Below are positions 13,701 through 26,309 of a stretch of DNA of 64,000 nt, in pieces. Origin of the DNA: Ylistrum balloti (lineage: Eukaryota); assembly GCF_031769215.1 (NCBI RefSeq), contig NW_026782104.1, positions 1,240,001 through 1,304,000 on the forward strand, given 5' to 3'. Position numbers and translations under genes: made by a program. The notes beneath the pieces are model-generated. The model was given only the letters and a program-made list of their open reading frames with translations. It did no database searches and was not told the DNA's origin. The number at the start of each line of letters is the position of its first letter. Position 1 is the first letter of the stretch.

Positions 13701-16700
13701 GTCCTCCCAGTATTCGTCAGTAATGGTAAGGACCCTAAGTGTGTGCAAATTTTGGAGGTGAGTTGGGCCCATGAAACACATTATGTCAACCAGTAACAGT
13801 TTAAAGTATGTAACGTCTCTCAGACGAAGTGAAACAACAAAATGCAACTTATTAACAACGACATACAAAATATGATGCACTATAAGTTGGTATTGCAAGT
13901 AAAGTCACGAATACCAATCATAAACTTGCACTACACAATTTGTGTCAGAGCCGATTCACGAAAATGTTCCTTTATTTGTTATTCAGAATCGATATGACTA
14001 CAATCTTCGAGATAACTGAATCATCAGGCTAAATTCATCAAATATTGATGAGAAGCTTTGGTCGTCCTAACCTTCTCTGATATTCTATGTACAAATATTG
14101 AAGTGCATTTTCGATCGTCCTTAACTTCTGTGTTAGTCTATATACAAATATTGAAGTGAAACTTTCATTATCCTGAACGTCTGTGATAATCTACATACAA
14201 ATATTGAAGTGAAACTTTCATTATTCTTAACGTCTGTGATAATCTACAAACAAATATTGAAGTGAAACTTTCATTATTCTTAACATCTGTGATAATCTAC
14301 ATACAAATATTGAAGTGAAACTTTCATTATTCTTAACGTCTTTGATAATCTACATACAAATATTGAAGTGAAACGCCACGTTAAATTGGTTACTTCTGTT
14401 TAAGTGTTTAATGAGGACAATGTCCTTGCAACAATATATGATTACATATTAATTGATTGAGTAACAAATTATTACAGTATCATAGAATATGTAAATTCCA
14501 GGTTGAATTTTTTTATGCTTAAAATCTGTCTAGTCGTAATTAGTCAACACTTTCTCGAATTACTGTTCAAGTATGAGTCTTCTACGGCGAAATTTCAATC
14601 GAGTTGAAACTAGCCCTCTAGTCACCACGCCCTCGGTTTACTATATATGAACCTCGAGTAACCCACGATCCAAATCTATCACATCTATTTTTTTCTATAG
14701 AAATACGAGAAGATCAATAAATGTGTCTAGTGACCACTGTTGGATGATACCAGCCATCTCATGATCCATTCTGCTACGTAATTAGATTTTTTTGTCGACT
14801 GTGTTTCAATAGAGTGAAACATGACTCTTTTGTCACATCTGGTCTTTGATCTTATAGAATCTTTGATTATAGAATCTTCAGTTTTCCATTCAAAACTTAG
14901 ATGTATGACATAATAAATATTGACGGTAACTCTTACGCTGTGATTCATGAATGTTTGAATACATTTTATGACCTCTGCTCAAGCCTGTTGCTTACTGCTT
15001 TATCAGCCAAGTAAAAATACATCTGTGAAGAATGTAAGGTCATGCAACCACAGAAGATCCAGCTACTGATACTAAACTAAGCCCTATCATGAACAATGTC
15101 AATACACACACAATAATGGCATAATGCCAAACGGTTCGGTTCTTAAACTCGATATATATAACTTTTATGTCACGGTTTTATTAATTCAAATAGTGACACT
15201 GTTCTCTATCTACTTTATTTTCTTAGTCGTTAGATATTGAAAATTATGAAATTTATTGTATTTTTGGGCTAGCATAAGTACCAATCTCGTCTAGGAGATT
15301 TGTTTCGACCAGTTTGGATATTGCTTCGTGGCCTCCATGGCACATGTATTGATACTCTTAGCATCAGTTACGAGTCCTGGAAGGACGAAACAGTTGCATG
15401 ATGTAGCATCAGTGACGAGTCCTGGAAGGACGAAACAGTTGCATGATGTAGCATCAGTGACGTGTCCTACAAGGACGAAACAGCTGTATAATGTAGTTTA
15501 TTATTCTAAATCTTATTTAAATTTATCAATGAATAAAACAAAACATCCTGAACGTAAAAAGCCGTTTCACACTTCGCTCCTTTCATACATTGGATGATGA
15601 ATGAAAACAGTCAGAGACTTACACAGGCGACGTATTAATATAGGCTCCTGATATTATACAACGCATTCAGTAAGGATGAGGAATTGAGGATGCTTTGCTA
15701 AAACAACGATCATAATACAATACCTATGGGTGTATGTATAGGGGTAAAATTGAGGTTGATTAGTGAGTGTTTTATCGTCCCTGGTGGACGATAGTAATTT
15801 TGGAACAGAGAATATTTGTAATGCTTGTATTCCTATCACAAATCAATAGGTAACCATACTCTTCGATAGACACTTCATCAGAATCAGTCTAACAGAACGA
15901 GGGTCAAGTTTCGTATCATAGTAATAATATTTGTAGTATGTCCTACTGACATTTAGACTATCACTGTAGAAATGTGTTGGGATGTCTTGAGTTGCTGTTT
16001 CAACTCCCTGTCTCGTATTAGTTAAATTAAATTGTCTCCTATTATTACGATTGCTTTGTCACATTGCTTCATGGTGGGGTTGATGTTGGAGCTGAAACTA
16101 CGTGCACAGGAGACTCAAGGCTCACTCATAAAAAAATCAGGCACTACGTCAACAAGATCTTCCGACAATTTCGTCCAACAATATATCCTATCTCAACACT
16201 TTCTAATCACCAGAAATTAAGATATCGTCCGACATCATATCCTCATTCATCACCTCAACTTAAATCTAAGGTAGCCCTTATCATCTCACAAATCATCGTT
16301 TTCACAAAGAATACCTTTTCTTTTGGTAGTACCATTATTCTTTAAAACAAATTTTACATCATCAGTACATTAAATTTTACATCATCAGTACATCAAATTT
16401 TACATCCTCAGTGTTTTTATAGGCGTCGCTTGTTGTTCCTTTCGTTTTATATGCAATAAAAAAACTTTACAAGAAAACATCATGAAATGGAACATTTTTT
16501 TATCACATAATTGCCAAGTTATTCAGTGCATACAGCGAAGTAATGTTTCTGTGTATGAAAAGATGGCATGTGACCTATTGTGACGTGAAATGGTGATGGG
16601 GTTATGACATCACACGCCTAAGGAATATTGCATAATAACAGAGACAACGATGTTAAATCATGACCACTTAAAAATGACTGACACTTCTCTGATAAAATTA

Positions 16701-19700
16701 CAGAAATAGTTTATCATGTATTGATTAAGATGTCGATTTCATTTCCAGAGTAACATTGAAGAAAATGAGAAAATATCCACAGTAATGTCATGTTGTTAAG
16801 AGTTTCTATTCATTCTGCTCCTGCAGTGGTGTGTAGTGTTAGTCCAGTTAACCTATCGTACACACACCTTCGGGAGAGATGCGACCTTGGACAAGATTAA
16901 ACAACAAAAACATAAATAAAAATCAATAAACCACCTATGTACTGTATGGTCGATGTTTCCATTTCAAAATTGGATTTCTTACCGTGAAATCAACATGTCA
17001 AGTTATGAATAAAATATAACGACTGACATATACTACATGCAGAATATGAAACCCAAACATAGAGACGACATCAAACTTGTGACGAGTAATGTGAAAAAGC
17101 AGAATGTTTATTGAATCTAAATACCAAAATAAAACCTGTAAAATATTGTAAAGTCTTGGTCGATCATGCAAATTAAATAATCGACTAGAGTTTGTTACGA
17201 TATCAAACATTCATGTGAATATATCATAATACCTTATTTCTACATACGACATCCAATTGCAGTTATTTCATACGTGTACCCTATAATTAATACCATTCAT
17301 CCCTGAACCTTTGTGAAAAATTCTGTTCAACGTAAACAGAAATATTACAATAGTCACTAATGGTTCATCATCATCAACACTTTTGTCTCATCCTATGCTA
17401 TTGATAGCATTGACAATACAAATAGTTCTCAAAGTGAACGTAAACTTAAGGTTTACCAATCACACGCTTTCAGGAAAGAAAAGACTCTTAATGAACCCGT
17501 ACCAAACCCCAGAGATTCCAAAATTATACTCTATTTTCATGTGTTACTATTAATTTGAAAAAAACATTGCACCATCTATGTATTTTCGAACGATTCTTAA
17601 TGCAATGATACACAGTCGAACCTCATTATCATTATAGGATGAATGGATTTGAAATATGTCAAATTATATATGTTTCAACCATTAATAATTTAAAGTTTTA
17701 GTATTTAATTCTCATTAATGGGTGACTTGACGAGAAAATTAATTCAACTGATTAATTTGAAATCAGTCGATTTTTGAAAACAAAAAATACGTATTATTAT
17801 TCATCAATGTTTTTTTTTTTTTTTTTTTTGTTTGTTTTGGTCATTGTACTCTAGTAGTAGATATAGTTGGAGATCGACGTACACCGCGATCAGTATTTAT
17901 TTATGGCATTGAGGCATTTAACCCAAAAACCATAAGCCGTCATAACGTGAATTTAAATAATTATGCTGGCAATCTACAGATGTGATAGCAGTATGTCATA
18001 CGTTAGATAATTGACTTATACTGCAGATAGACATTTTAAATGTTATATGAGATGAAATTCTAACATTTTTACAGGGACATCGTTTTCATATCGAATGTTG
18101 TATACAGTTTTAGAAAGCATTACAACACCATTAATTTACAGAAACTCATAAAACGTGCTGCTTTCCTGAAATATTTACTTCCCTCGGAAGAAAAGGGAGT
18201 GCGGGAGTGATAAAACATAATGTATTCCCTGTGTAGTTATACACCGACATTATTTGCACACGATATATGATGATCACTTATTTTGATGGGAGTTTCCTGG
18301 GTTCCAATTCAATATGGCTGACCGGCAATGCTGGTGACCTAATTTCTTTGGATGACAAATAACCCTAGAGGGCAATGCTTGTGACCTAATTTCTTTGAAT
18401 GACAAAAAACCCTACAGAACAATGCTGACCCCTATCAACTTCAGCGTCAAAAGCAGTTCTTGTTGATTCCGTCAAAGTGGTAAACCTTAATCAATTTTAT
18501 AACAAGAGATATGTTCGATTTTGGTTAATTTATTGTTTTATTTTGTATATAGTAAAACTTTGATGTCTCCCCTACTCATCATAATAAAGTTAACGTATAT
18601 ATACATCTTCCGCTGGTCACTATCAGTTCAATTGCTTGTCGGATGTTTACAACCGACGGCATTCTCTTTGATATTATGTATGTAGTCATATGTTCGTGTG
18701 ATTTTGATTTGTTGTGTTTTATCAGCTATTTTATAGTTCTTTTGCGTTAGAAAACACACATCGCCGACATTGACTAGACCGTGCTACTCAGTCTATTCGT
18801 GGCATAACAGGAATGTCTCACGGACAAAATTCTTAGCCAAACATGTTCTACGATACAAAAATGCCAACAATCCGTGTAGACGATGGGAGGAGTCCTGTTA
18901 CTGGAAAGGATGCAAATACATACATCCTTGTCCAAACCATGATCATAAACCATGAACGATAAACCACAGAAAAGATCACAACCTTAACCTTGATGTAGCA
19001 ACAGTGACGACCAATCACTGTTGAGAAGAAGAGATTAGGGTGATGTGGTTCCTATACAACGACCAATCAAAGGAAAGAAGACAAAATTAATATGATATTA
19101 CCGATATGGCGACCAATTCAAAAGGAAAACACTAGAAGTGCGTGATGAACCTGCACTATCGAGCAGTGGAGACATATATCAGACGTGTTTGACTAGACAA
19201 TTACTACCCTTGGACACGGGAAATTCTATCCAATAATGGTAGCCTTACTACACAATCATTTATTGGGAAAATAACTTAATAGGTCTGTACATCGTATATA
19301 ACATACATTTTTAATGCGTTTGACTGGTCATCTTGTCAAGCATAATGGACAAATACTTACATACCATGATTTTTTTACCTTTGTTAGTCATATATCATAA
19401 TAGAAAAATAAACATAAGAAAAATACATAAATAAGTTTGTTTCGAAGATGAACTAGCTAGGTCCGGTTTGGGTTTTAACTTTTTATTTCTGAAATCCCCT
19501 TTATTGATCTATTTAACGTTTATAAAATTCCTCACGGAGGGAGATTTCATATAAAACGTAAATGTCATTGCCATTCACAACAGTGGGGAAAAGTCTAACT
19601 TTAATTGACTGTTGCATTAAATTTGGGGACTCCTGGATACCACAAAAACTGAATCGATAGAAAGGTCGGACTTTGTTAGGGTTTGAACAATGTTTGTGTA

Positions 19701-22700
19701 TCTAAAATATTGAGCAGTGGCATGAATATAAATCGGAATACGTCATCAATTATTCATCGGAGTATTATGTAACCGTTCTTGGCCGTATTCCCTAGATACA
19801 AATGTAGATTTGTTGTTTCATAGAAGTCTCACATTATGTAGGGTTTTTTTGTTTACATTGTCCGTGGATTTGTCGTGTTATTAGCCAATGCGGAATATTT
19901 GACACAACTTAGGTTGCATCTGGTAAAAGCTGCTGTTATGAGCAAAACAAAAATAAAAACAAAAACAAAAATGCAAAACAAGATTTTCATTCGGTTGGGG
20001 TACCAAGACTCCTAACACGTTCGAAAAGTATTTTTCTCAAAACAATGAGCACTTGTATACCGTAAAATCCTGCACATATTTGTTTTGGAAATATTTCATA
20101 AGGTTTCATTACAATTTTATGATCTGGGTGGTTAGAGACAAAACTCGGAAAACTGCTGCTGCTAAGTCATGTCAAGATTTAATGTTTCAAACCTACGTGA
20201 TTTAAGGTTGAAAGGTAATTCAACCTTAAATCACACAGCGTCGTCCATCCGTATTTAAACGTAAGTAAATGTGACAAACACCCTAGTTTAAACAAGGCTT
20301 CGTTACTTAATGACAGCATACAAGTGCACATGTCTCATCACTGAATATCATGAGTTTAGAAGAAGCACTTTTACGTGAGACAAGGAGTGCGAAAATGTAT
20401 GGCCTATCAGCATGTCATGGATACCATTTGTGGATTCAAAAGGACGTCACAGAAGCTGTAATATATATGTGGGTGACCGACACCATGGTGATGAATTTCC
20501 AAACCAATGAGACAGAGACAATACTCTAAGGATTAGATGGATTTAAGAATTGATTAATTGGTATGAACCCTACGTAGAAGGTACGTTTAAATCTCCTCTG
20601 GTAAGACCAGCGTTGAGAATCTCGGATGTCAGCATCTGATTGGATTGAAAACAACAGTAAAGAAAGATTAATCGAATGTGTTTGAGATGGCATATATCTG
20701 AAAACAAGACATGATTAAAATTGGATTGAGCAATACGCCAGGCCCTGAAGAAATCGGACTGGCGAGGAAACTCACTGGGAGACTGTACAAAAGAAACGCA
20801 AATGATGAGCACCTTTCAATATAAATTTAGAATTAGGTATAGTGATATATTAAACCTAGGCGGCGGCTGAGAAAAATCCAAAACGATAGAAAGACATGTC
20901 AAAATCAAGATTGGGAGGTGAACTACCTCCGTAAATCAATATTTTTTCAGTAAATTTCGTAAATTTTGTTTATCTGGTAGTTTTAGAAGGTAACGTGTGT
21001 AACAAATTAGACGGAAAATTTCTGCAAAGCTTTAATTCTGTAATTAATATTGCTAAATGATTAGATACGCAACGACTTCTCAGTGTTACATCATAAAATC
21101 ATCAAGCATTTAAATAGATTAGGGATCAGATCAACATAATCGTATATACAATGTTAGGACTCGAACAATTCATTTATCAGTATCCCTTTGTTTTAACACC
21201 ATAGATACTTTGTAAAGTACAAGAAATACATTTCATATAAATAAACAACTGTTACGGTATTCATGAAGAGTACCACATAAAAAAACAAAATACAATAATT
21301 TCAACAAGATCATTATCCAAACTCAAATTCAATAAAACTGTGATCAAGAGATTTACACGGAGACTCCTGTTAAAAATTCAAGGAAAATAAAACCAGGTGT
21401 TCCAGAAGAGTAAGCGTCGTCTGCTTCATCGACAACATCCACCATGTAAATCTTGGTCAATCCAAGTACGTAATGCACGTTCGCAAATGGGAACAAGGTA
21501 TACAACAATGCAACCAACATGCAAACTAAAGAGAACCGAACATGTCCAGCTTCATATTTCAGACAAAAATAGAATATTTGCCGATGAAATTACTATGACT
21601 ACCGTAGAAACGTCCGTATAACTTTCACTAATTCGCATTTTTGAAACCCTGTAAGTCATTAAATCGTTAAATAGTATATTGAAAGCAATCATGTGTTACC
21701 ATAGTGACAAGTATAAGATGCTGATGAAAGGATCAGTAAACTTGTGACTCAATCAATAACGAGTTCAGTTTGTGGTAGAAATCGTCTTCCAAAACAAACC
21801 TTTGAAATGTGTAAAAGCATCCCATCGTTGCCTTATGAGATTATGATGTCGGCTGTTTCTACATCTAACTAGTTTACATGTGTCTGTATACTGCCTGCCA
21901 GGAGTTGGGTTTCCATGGATAATTACCTACATTAATTGTTGTGCTAATATACGAGCAGAAAAATCAATGGTTCACAACAGGAAATCCATATAATACGGCT
22001 GTATGACTATGTGCCAATACATGGTACAGCGCTACAGGACATCAATACAAAATCCTGGCAGTCTTTTAGATGCCCAAGATAGCAAAGACGTTCATTTACA
22101 TGGTTTAAAAAGCGTGATAAAATATTCATTATGGATCGTAAATAATTCATCTATTTAACTTTTAACTAATTATCAGATGTTTTTCAAAAGTATGTGCGTG
22201 AACCCTACGCTAATACATAAATGACTTATTCCATATTGTCTACAATCAAAATTAGAAAACTGTATATCGCCATATTAACGCAGAATACGTTAGTCCGTTG
22301 CTTAGTAATTGCTTAATACTGTGAGCATATTTTGCGAGAGAATCAGATGCTGAAATAATCACTGGAAAGTATGGAGTGTTTTTATTGCAATAATATGAAT
22401 TGATACAGAAACGTCAAGTCCAATTTTTTCTTCAGCATATATGTATTTCATAAGTTTAAACTTTAAGCTAAGAAAAAAAGAGTCCATCACAAAGCTTAGC
22501 ATGTTAGTTGGAAACTCCTAAGACTAGTAAGAGAGAGGAATACCATGTGAGCAAAGGGAGGCTGGAATACTACTACTGAGGAAAAGCGGTTAAGCTGATA
22601 AAAATTATATTTGATGTTTTAGTGTTACTATGATCAATATAAAGTATTACATTGTAAAAACTGTTATGACACGAATGACACGAATTGATTTCAACAATGG

Positions 22701-25700
22701 AAGAGAAAAGCGAAATTTGATAATTCTGACAATCCCTGTCGTCAATTAAAGTCGATTGTTCGTACAACAATGATTGAAAGGCTCAACCAAATGATCGGGC
22801 AAGTATCATATTCCCTCGGTATGAAGTTTTTATCAAATGCACAATGACGATCTGTGTGACATGGCTTAGTGTTATGTTCCGGTAAAGTACGGAAGTATTT
22901 TAACATTTTCAATGACGGTTTTTAGCAACAAATTTCCATTTGTAGCATCATCAATATTTATCTGTTGGATGTGATCAACGGCAGCATGCTTTCCCAAATG
23001 GATTGAAATGCAACGTGTCTCTAACATCATTACGAATTCATCCATATATCTGATGCGACTTCTTGTTTAAGTCATACCGCAACACGGGAAAGGATAAGGT
23101 AATGACTCGCGTATAAGGACACTGCATTAACTCGTCCATATATCTGATATGGCTATGTAAAAACCATACCGCCACACGGGAGAATACAAGGTAATGGTTC
23201 GCGTGTAAGGACACTGCGTTATTTCGTAAATATGTCTGATACGACTTTGTATAAGTCATACTACTACATAGAAAAAGATAAGGTAATGACTTGCGTGCAA
23301 GGACACTTCGTTAATGAAGATCTTTGCAACAAATAATTATTTGTTTAGACAAAGCTAACCCTGCACTCAATGTATTATTTATGATATTGATTCAGACCTT
23401 CGATTGGTCAATACCTCTAGAATTGAATTGATGTTGTACGTTTATCAAGCTCTACCACCTCAACTATTAACAGGGAAGGTATATCTTGTAGTATTTACAT
23501 ATAATGATACGAAGAAGAAGTACTAAACGATGTTTACGTGGAGGCTGGTTAATCAATATACCACATCATACAAACCTGTTTTGTTTCAGTGTAGAGTTTA
23601 AGTTTGATCAGATACTCATAATTTTTTTCGACTTAAGGAGTTATGTCGTTGACAGAAACTCCAACTCTGAAGAGCCAATATTGGATATCATCACTGTTTT
23701 TGGTTTAGGAAATGACAATATGAGCTGCAGTTAATGATCTCTTAAATTGTCTGTATTTGAGAACAATTGCCATTCAAACACATTTTCAAATAGCATTACG
23801 CAGGTGATTCTCTTTTTTTCGGGGGGGATGGGAAGCGGAGGGACAAAGTATTTTACAGAATTACTCGGTTCTGTCACGGACATTTTCCACTGATGTAATG
23901 GTATTTTAAACTGTTGCCATTGACATTTTGAAATCCCTGTCCTTTTTAAAAAACGGATATCATATCAAAGCAAACTGTCACTTCATGCTGGTACATGTGT
24001 ACATTAGATAGATTGGAATTTTAACAAGCCAATTGAAAACCAGTCGATGTCAATCCTATTAACAGTATCAGAAGAGGTAGCCCAGAGAGACTGTCAGCAG
24101 AGTTTACTTAGATCACTCAACATTGAGGTGGCACATTTGGATCAGCGTATATATTGCGTGTCTGTATAATGATGCAGTGTTCACGAAATGAAAACACATT
24201 GCATTAGGTTTGCACAAAGATTGATTGTATTCATTAGATGCAATGAAAGTTGGCAGTTCATGGCGAGTCATTCCGATTCTGCGGTGTTTCCTCGGGTGAA
24301 TATTGGGTTCAATGTCTTCGGTAAGGTTGGGGTATATTATATAAAACATAAATCCGTGTGGCATGTGTTATTAGTCCTTGTTGATATTCAAAACACGTTG
24401 AACAAGTGTGAAACATGGACGAGAGTAGCCAGTAGATGAGGCAGGACTATTAAGTCCACGGCGTCATGTCGAATATACATAACGGTACTGAATTTGAACG
24501 GTCTGTAAAATTTCGTTTTTATGAGGATATATTTTCGTTGATTAAATTGCTACTGTTAATCCATTTACTGTTAATATAAGTGTAATTAGATTTATTTAGC
24601 TATATTTGTCAACGAAATCAAGTCCATGGAAAGTATTTTTATGGAAAACCGCAAAAATTGAGTCCAGCAAAAACCTGAAAATATTTTTTTTACGGTATGA
24701 GATCATCATTACCACCTTATTATTTCATGCCAGTCCTAACGTGTTGGATGACTCACATGTATACCTATTGGATGGTTGGAGGATGCAGTGGTAACGTACC
24801 TAGGCGACCAGGGTTCGATTGCCGGATCGGACGTGAAAGTATGTGGTCGCCTCATCAGCTACTCGGGTTCGTGTAGTTTCCATATTTTAAAGAGAGAATG
24901 CTTTTCTAAGCTGTGATAGTTTGTGCCTAATCCTATTTGTTATATTGAACAAATAAATTATGTTTAAATCAGCTACTCGGGTTAGTGAATCAGTCCATAT
25001 TTTTGGAGAGAAGGCGAAGTTATGATAACGTGTGCCTAATCCCATTTGTTATATTGAACAGATAAAATGTTTTAAATCAACTACTCCGGTTTTCCGCAGA
25101 TATCCTGCGTTTCTTCAAGAGAAAGATGAGTCTGATAAACGTTTTGTATTGCTAGGCCATTTCGACAGACGTGTAGGGAAACTAATTTTGTTAACATTAC
25201 ATCCATATTATGTTATGTTACAACATAGACAAATAGCATTACAAAATAACTTATGTGATGGTAAGTCATAGTATATTCATGTAACTGACTTCAGACTGAA
25301 ACTATAGTACTGGCATGACTGCGGTAATGTGTAACCCTTAATGGTGTCTGTACATGCGTATCCCTTTAGTTTCTACATCATAGTAACTTATTTTATACAT
25401 AAAAGGTAGATAACACAATATAATTGCCTTTCTGAGGAACTCATTTTAAGACAGTGTCCTCGAATACCTTTGATGTCGGCCTCATAAAAATCTTCAAGAG
25501 CTGTAGAAAAGATAATGTTAATTTACAATGTGTGATATCCTAAATGTGTAACAAGACTTTCCATTGGACAGTGGTGACTGGTTCCTATCTACCACTGTGT
25601 GTCTTTCTTAGGCAGTCTATAGATAACAGATGTTGTTAGTATGTTATAAATTAGAGGTTATTTTTACATCATCTGATGCTAGTTATTCATGTTTCTGTTA

Positions 25701-26309
25701 TGGCAGTACACAGTTGACTACAGCTGTTAACAACAAGGACTTTAAAGCACTGTCCTCTTAACCAGTCTAATCCAAAATCGTCATCAGTATTTATGAGAAG
25801 AGGTTAGTTCAAAGATAGATTCTTCTTAAATCTGTTTTATGTATTTTCAAGATTTCGAATAATTGATGAATGTTAAGCTGTCATTGAAGTTGTACTAAGT
25901 CAGTAACACGTATTCTACCACTTGTTAGCATCCTGATACAATAATGAACATGTAACCGACCGTTGTGCAATGTAAACAAAATTAATAAATCTTCATTACT
26001 AAAACATGAACGCCATACTGCACCACCATCGTGTAACTGGAGTGTATAGGCTTGCTACCAACATAATTTATTCTATGCCTTCATGTAAGATGACACCAGA
26101 GACGTCAAAACAAGATATCAAGCTAAATTTATAAACGTTGGGAGACAGTGGTGTACACACAGGTTTTAAGATATAAACATTGTGTCTAGCGTGCCTATAG
26201 TAAAGTTCTATCAATACTTACAGTCGAGGGCGTATTTGGCTGTCTCACTGCCATCGATGGCGATGCACACGGTCTTGCCCTCTGGCTTACTGGCACCCTC
26301 AGAAGACAT
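4576..26309 (-). CDS. Universal stress protein A-like gene, 4 coding exons, 162 aa: join(26222-26309, 6316-6411, 5719-5825, 4576-4773)
   Basis: All introns are GT-AG with compatible phases (1,1,0); total 489 nt. Protein starts [49 protein letters not shown] and ends [35 protein letters not shown], with the USP N-terminal IAIDGS motif and the G-2x-G-9x-GS ATP-binding motif. Confidence 0.92.
5719..5825 (-). CDS. USP exon 3
   Basis: 107 nt, acceptor taacag, donor gtaatt, phases 1 to 0; (S)[35 protein letters not shown]. Not in the ORF track. Confidence 0.9.
6316..6411 (-). CDS. USP exon 2
   Basis: 96 nt, acceptor cttacag, donor gtaagt; (W)[31 protein letters not shown]. Confidence 0.93.
7935..7969 (+). 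repeat. Poly-G tract
   Basis: G6-T-G5-C-G22 in USP intron 1. Confidence 0.9.
8121..8177 (-). mobile_element. Short fragment of the PLE 3' terminal segment
   Basis: CAGAAGAG..TCTTCTGTTTCATCGACGACACC resembles 21405-21440 and 28883-28912. Confidence 0.5.
9956..9997 (-). ncRNA. Minimal hammerhead ribozyme, single copy, G12->A and degenerate helix I
   Basis: Minus strand reads GATCA CTGATGA GTCC TAGAA GGAC AAA ACAGCTGT A CTATA. Confidence 0.75.
10440..10710. repeat. Degenerate minisatellite, ~39-40 bp unit, ~6 copies
   Basis: GGTCAAATCCT...ACCAAACCAATA at 10472, 10551, 10590 and 10629. Confidence 0.8.
13684..13725 (-). ncRNA. Degenerate minimal hammerhead ribozyme, single copy
   Basis: Minus strand reads CATTA CTGACGA ATAC TGGGA GGAC GAC ACGACTGT A TGATG, followed by the family flank CAGTTTAATC. 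Confidence 0.7.
14038..14373. repeat. Minisatellite, 53 bp unit, ~6 copies
   Basis: ACAAATATTGAAGTG at 14091, 14144, 14197, 14250, 14303 and 14356. Confidence 0.92.
15362..15496 (+). ncRNA. Tandem array of 3 x 45-nt minimal hammerhead ribozymes (all C3->G)
   Basis: Units at 15362, 15407 and 15452; unit 2 reads CATCA GTGACGA GTCC TGGAA GGAC GAA ACAGTTGC A TGATG TAG. Confidence 0.85.
16349..16412. repeat. 23 bp x 3 tandem repeat
   Basis: AAATTTTACATCATCAGTACAT at 16349, 16372 and (partial) 16395. Confidence 0.9.
18324..18430. repeat. 47 bp x ~2.3 tandem repeat
   Basis: GGCAATGCT..TGACCTAATTTCTTTG at 18324 and 18371. Confidence 0.85.
20197..20234. repeat. Perfect 16-bp inverted repeat with 6-nt loop
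   Basis: GTGATTTAAGGTTGAA-AGGTAA-TTCAACCTTAAATCAC. Confidence 0.9.
21319..21720 (-). mobile_element. 5'-truncated PLE copy (RT C-terminus plus 3' terminal segment)
   Basis: Minus-strand [21 protein letters not shown] (degenerate QGF..KFYGRH..KY); nucleotide similarity to 135-330 and 28781-29040. Confidence 0.75.
23041..23315. repeat. Diverged ~93 bp x 3 tandem repeat
   Basis: Units begin near 23041, 23135 and 23227; shared AAGGTAATG..GCGT..AAGGACACT. Confidence 0.85.
24770..25130 (+). mobile_element. tRNA-derived SINE with internal ~110-bp tandem duplication
   Basis: GCAGTGGTAAC (A-box-like) and GGTTCGATTGC (B-box-like, 24812-24822); TCA[G/A]CTACTC at 24855, 24969 and 25077. Confidence 0.65.
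26222..26309 (-). CDS. USP exon 1 (start codon exon)
   Basis: ATG at 26309, donor gtaagt at 26221, phase 1 (T+GG = Trp); [18 protein letters not shown] is the canonical USP beta1-alpha1 start. No closer alternative was seen between 6.4 and 26 kb. Confidence 0.85.
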
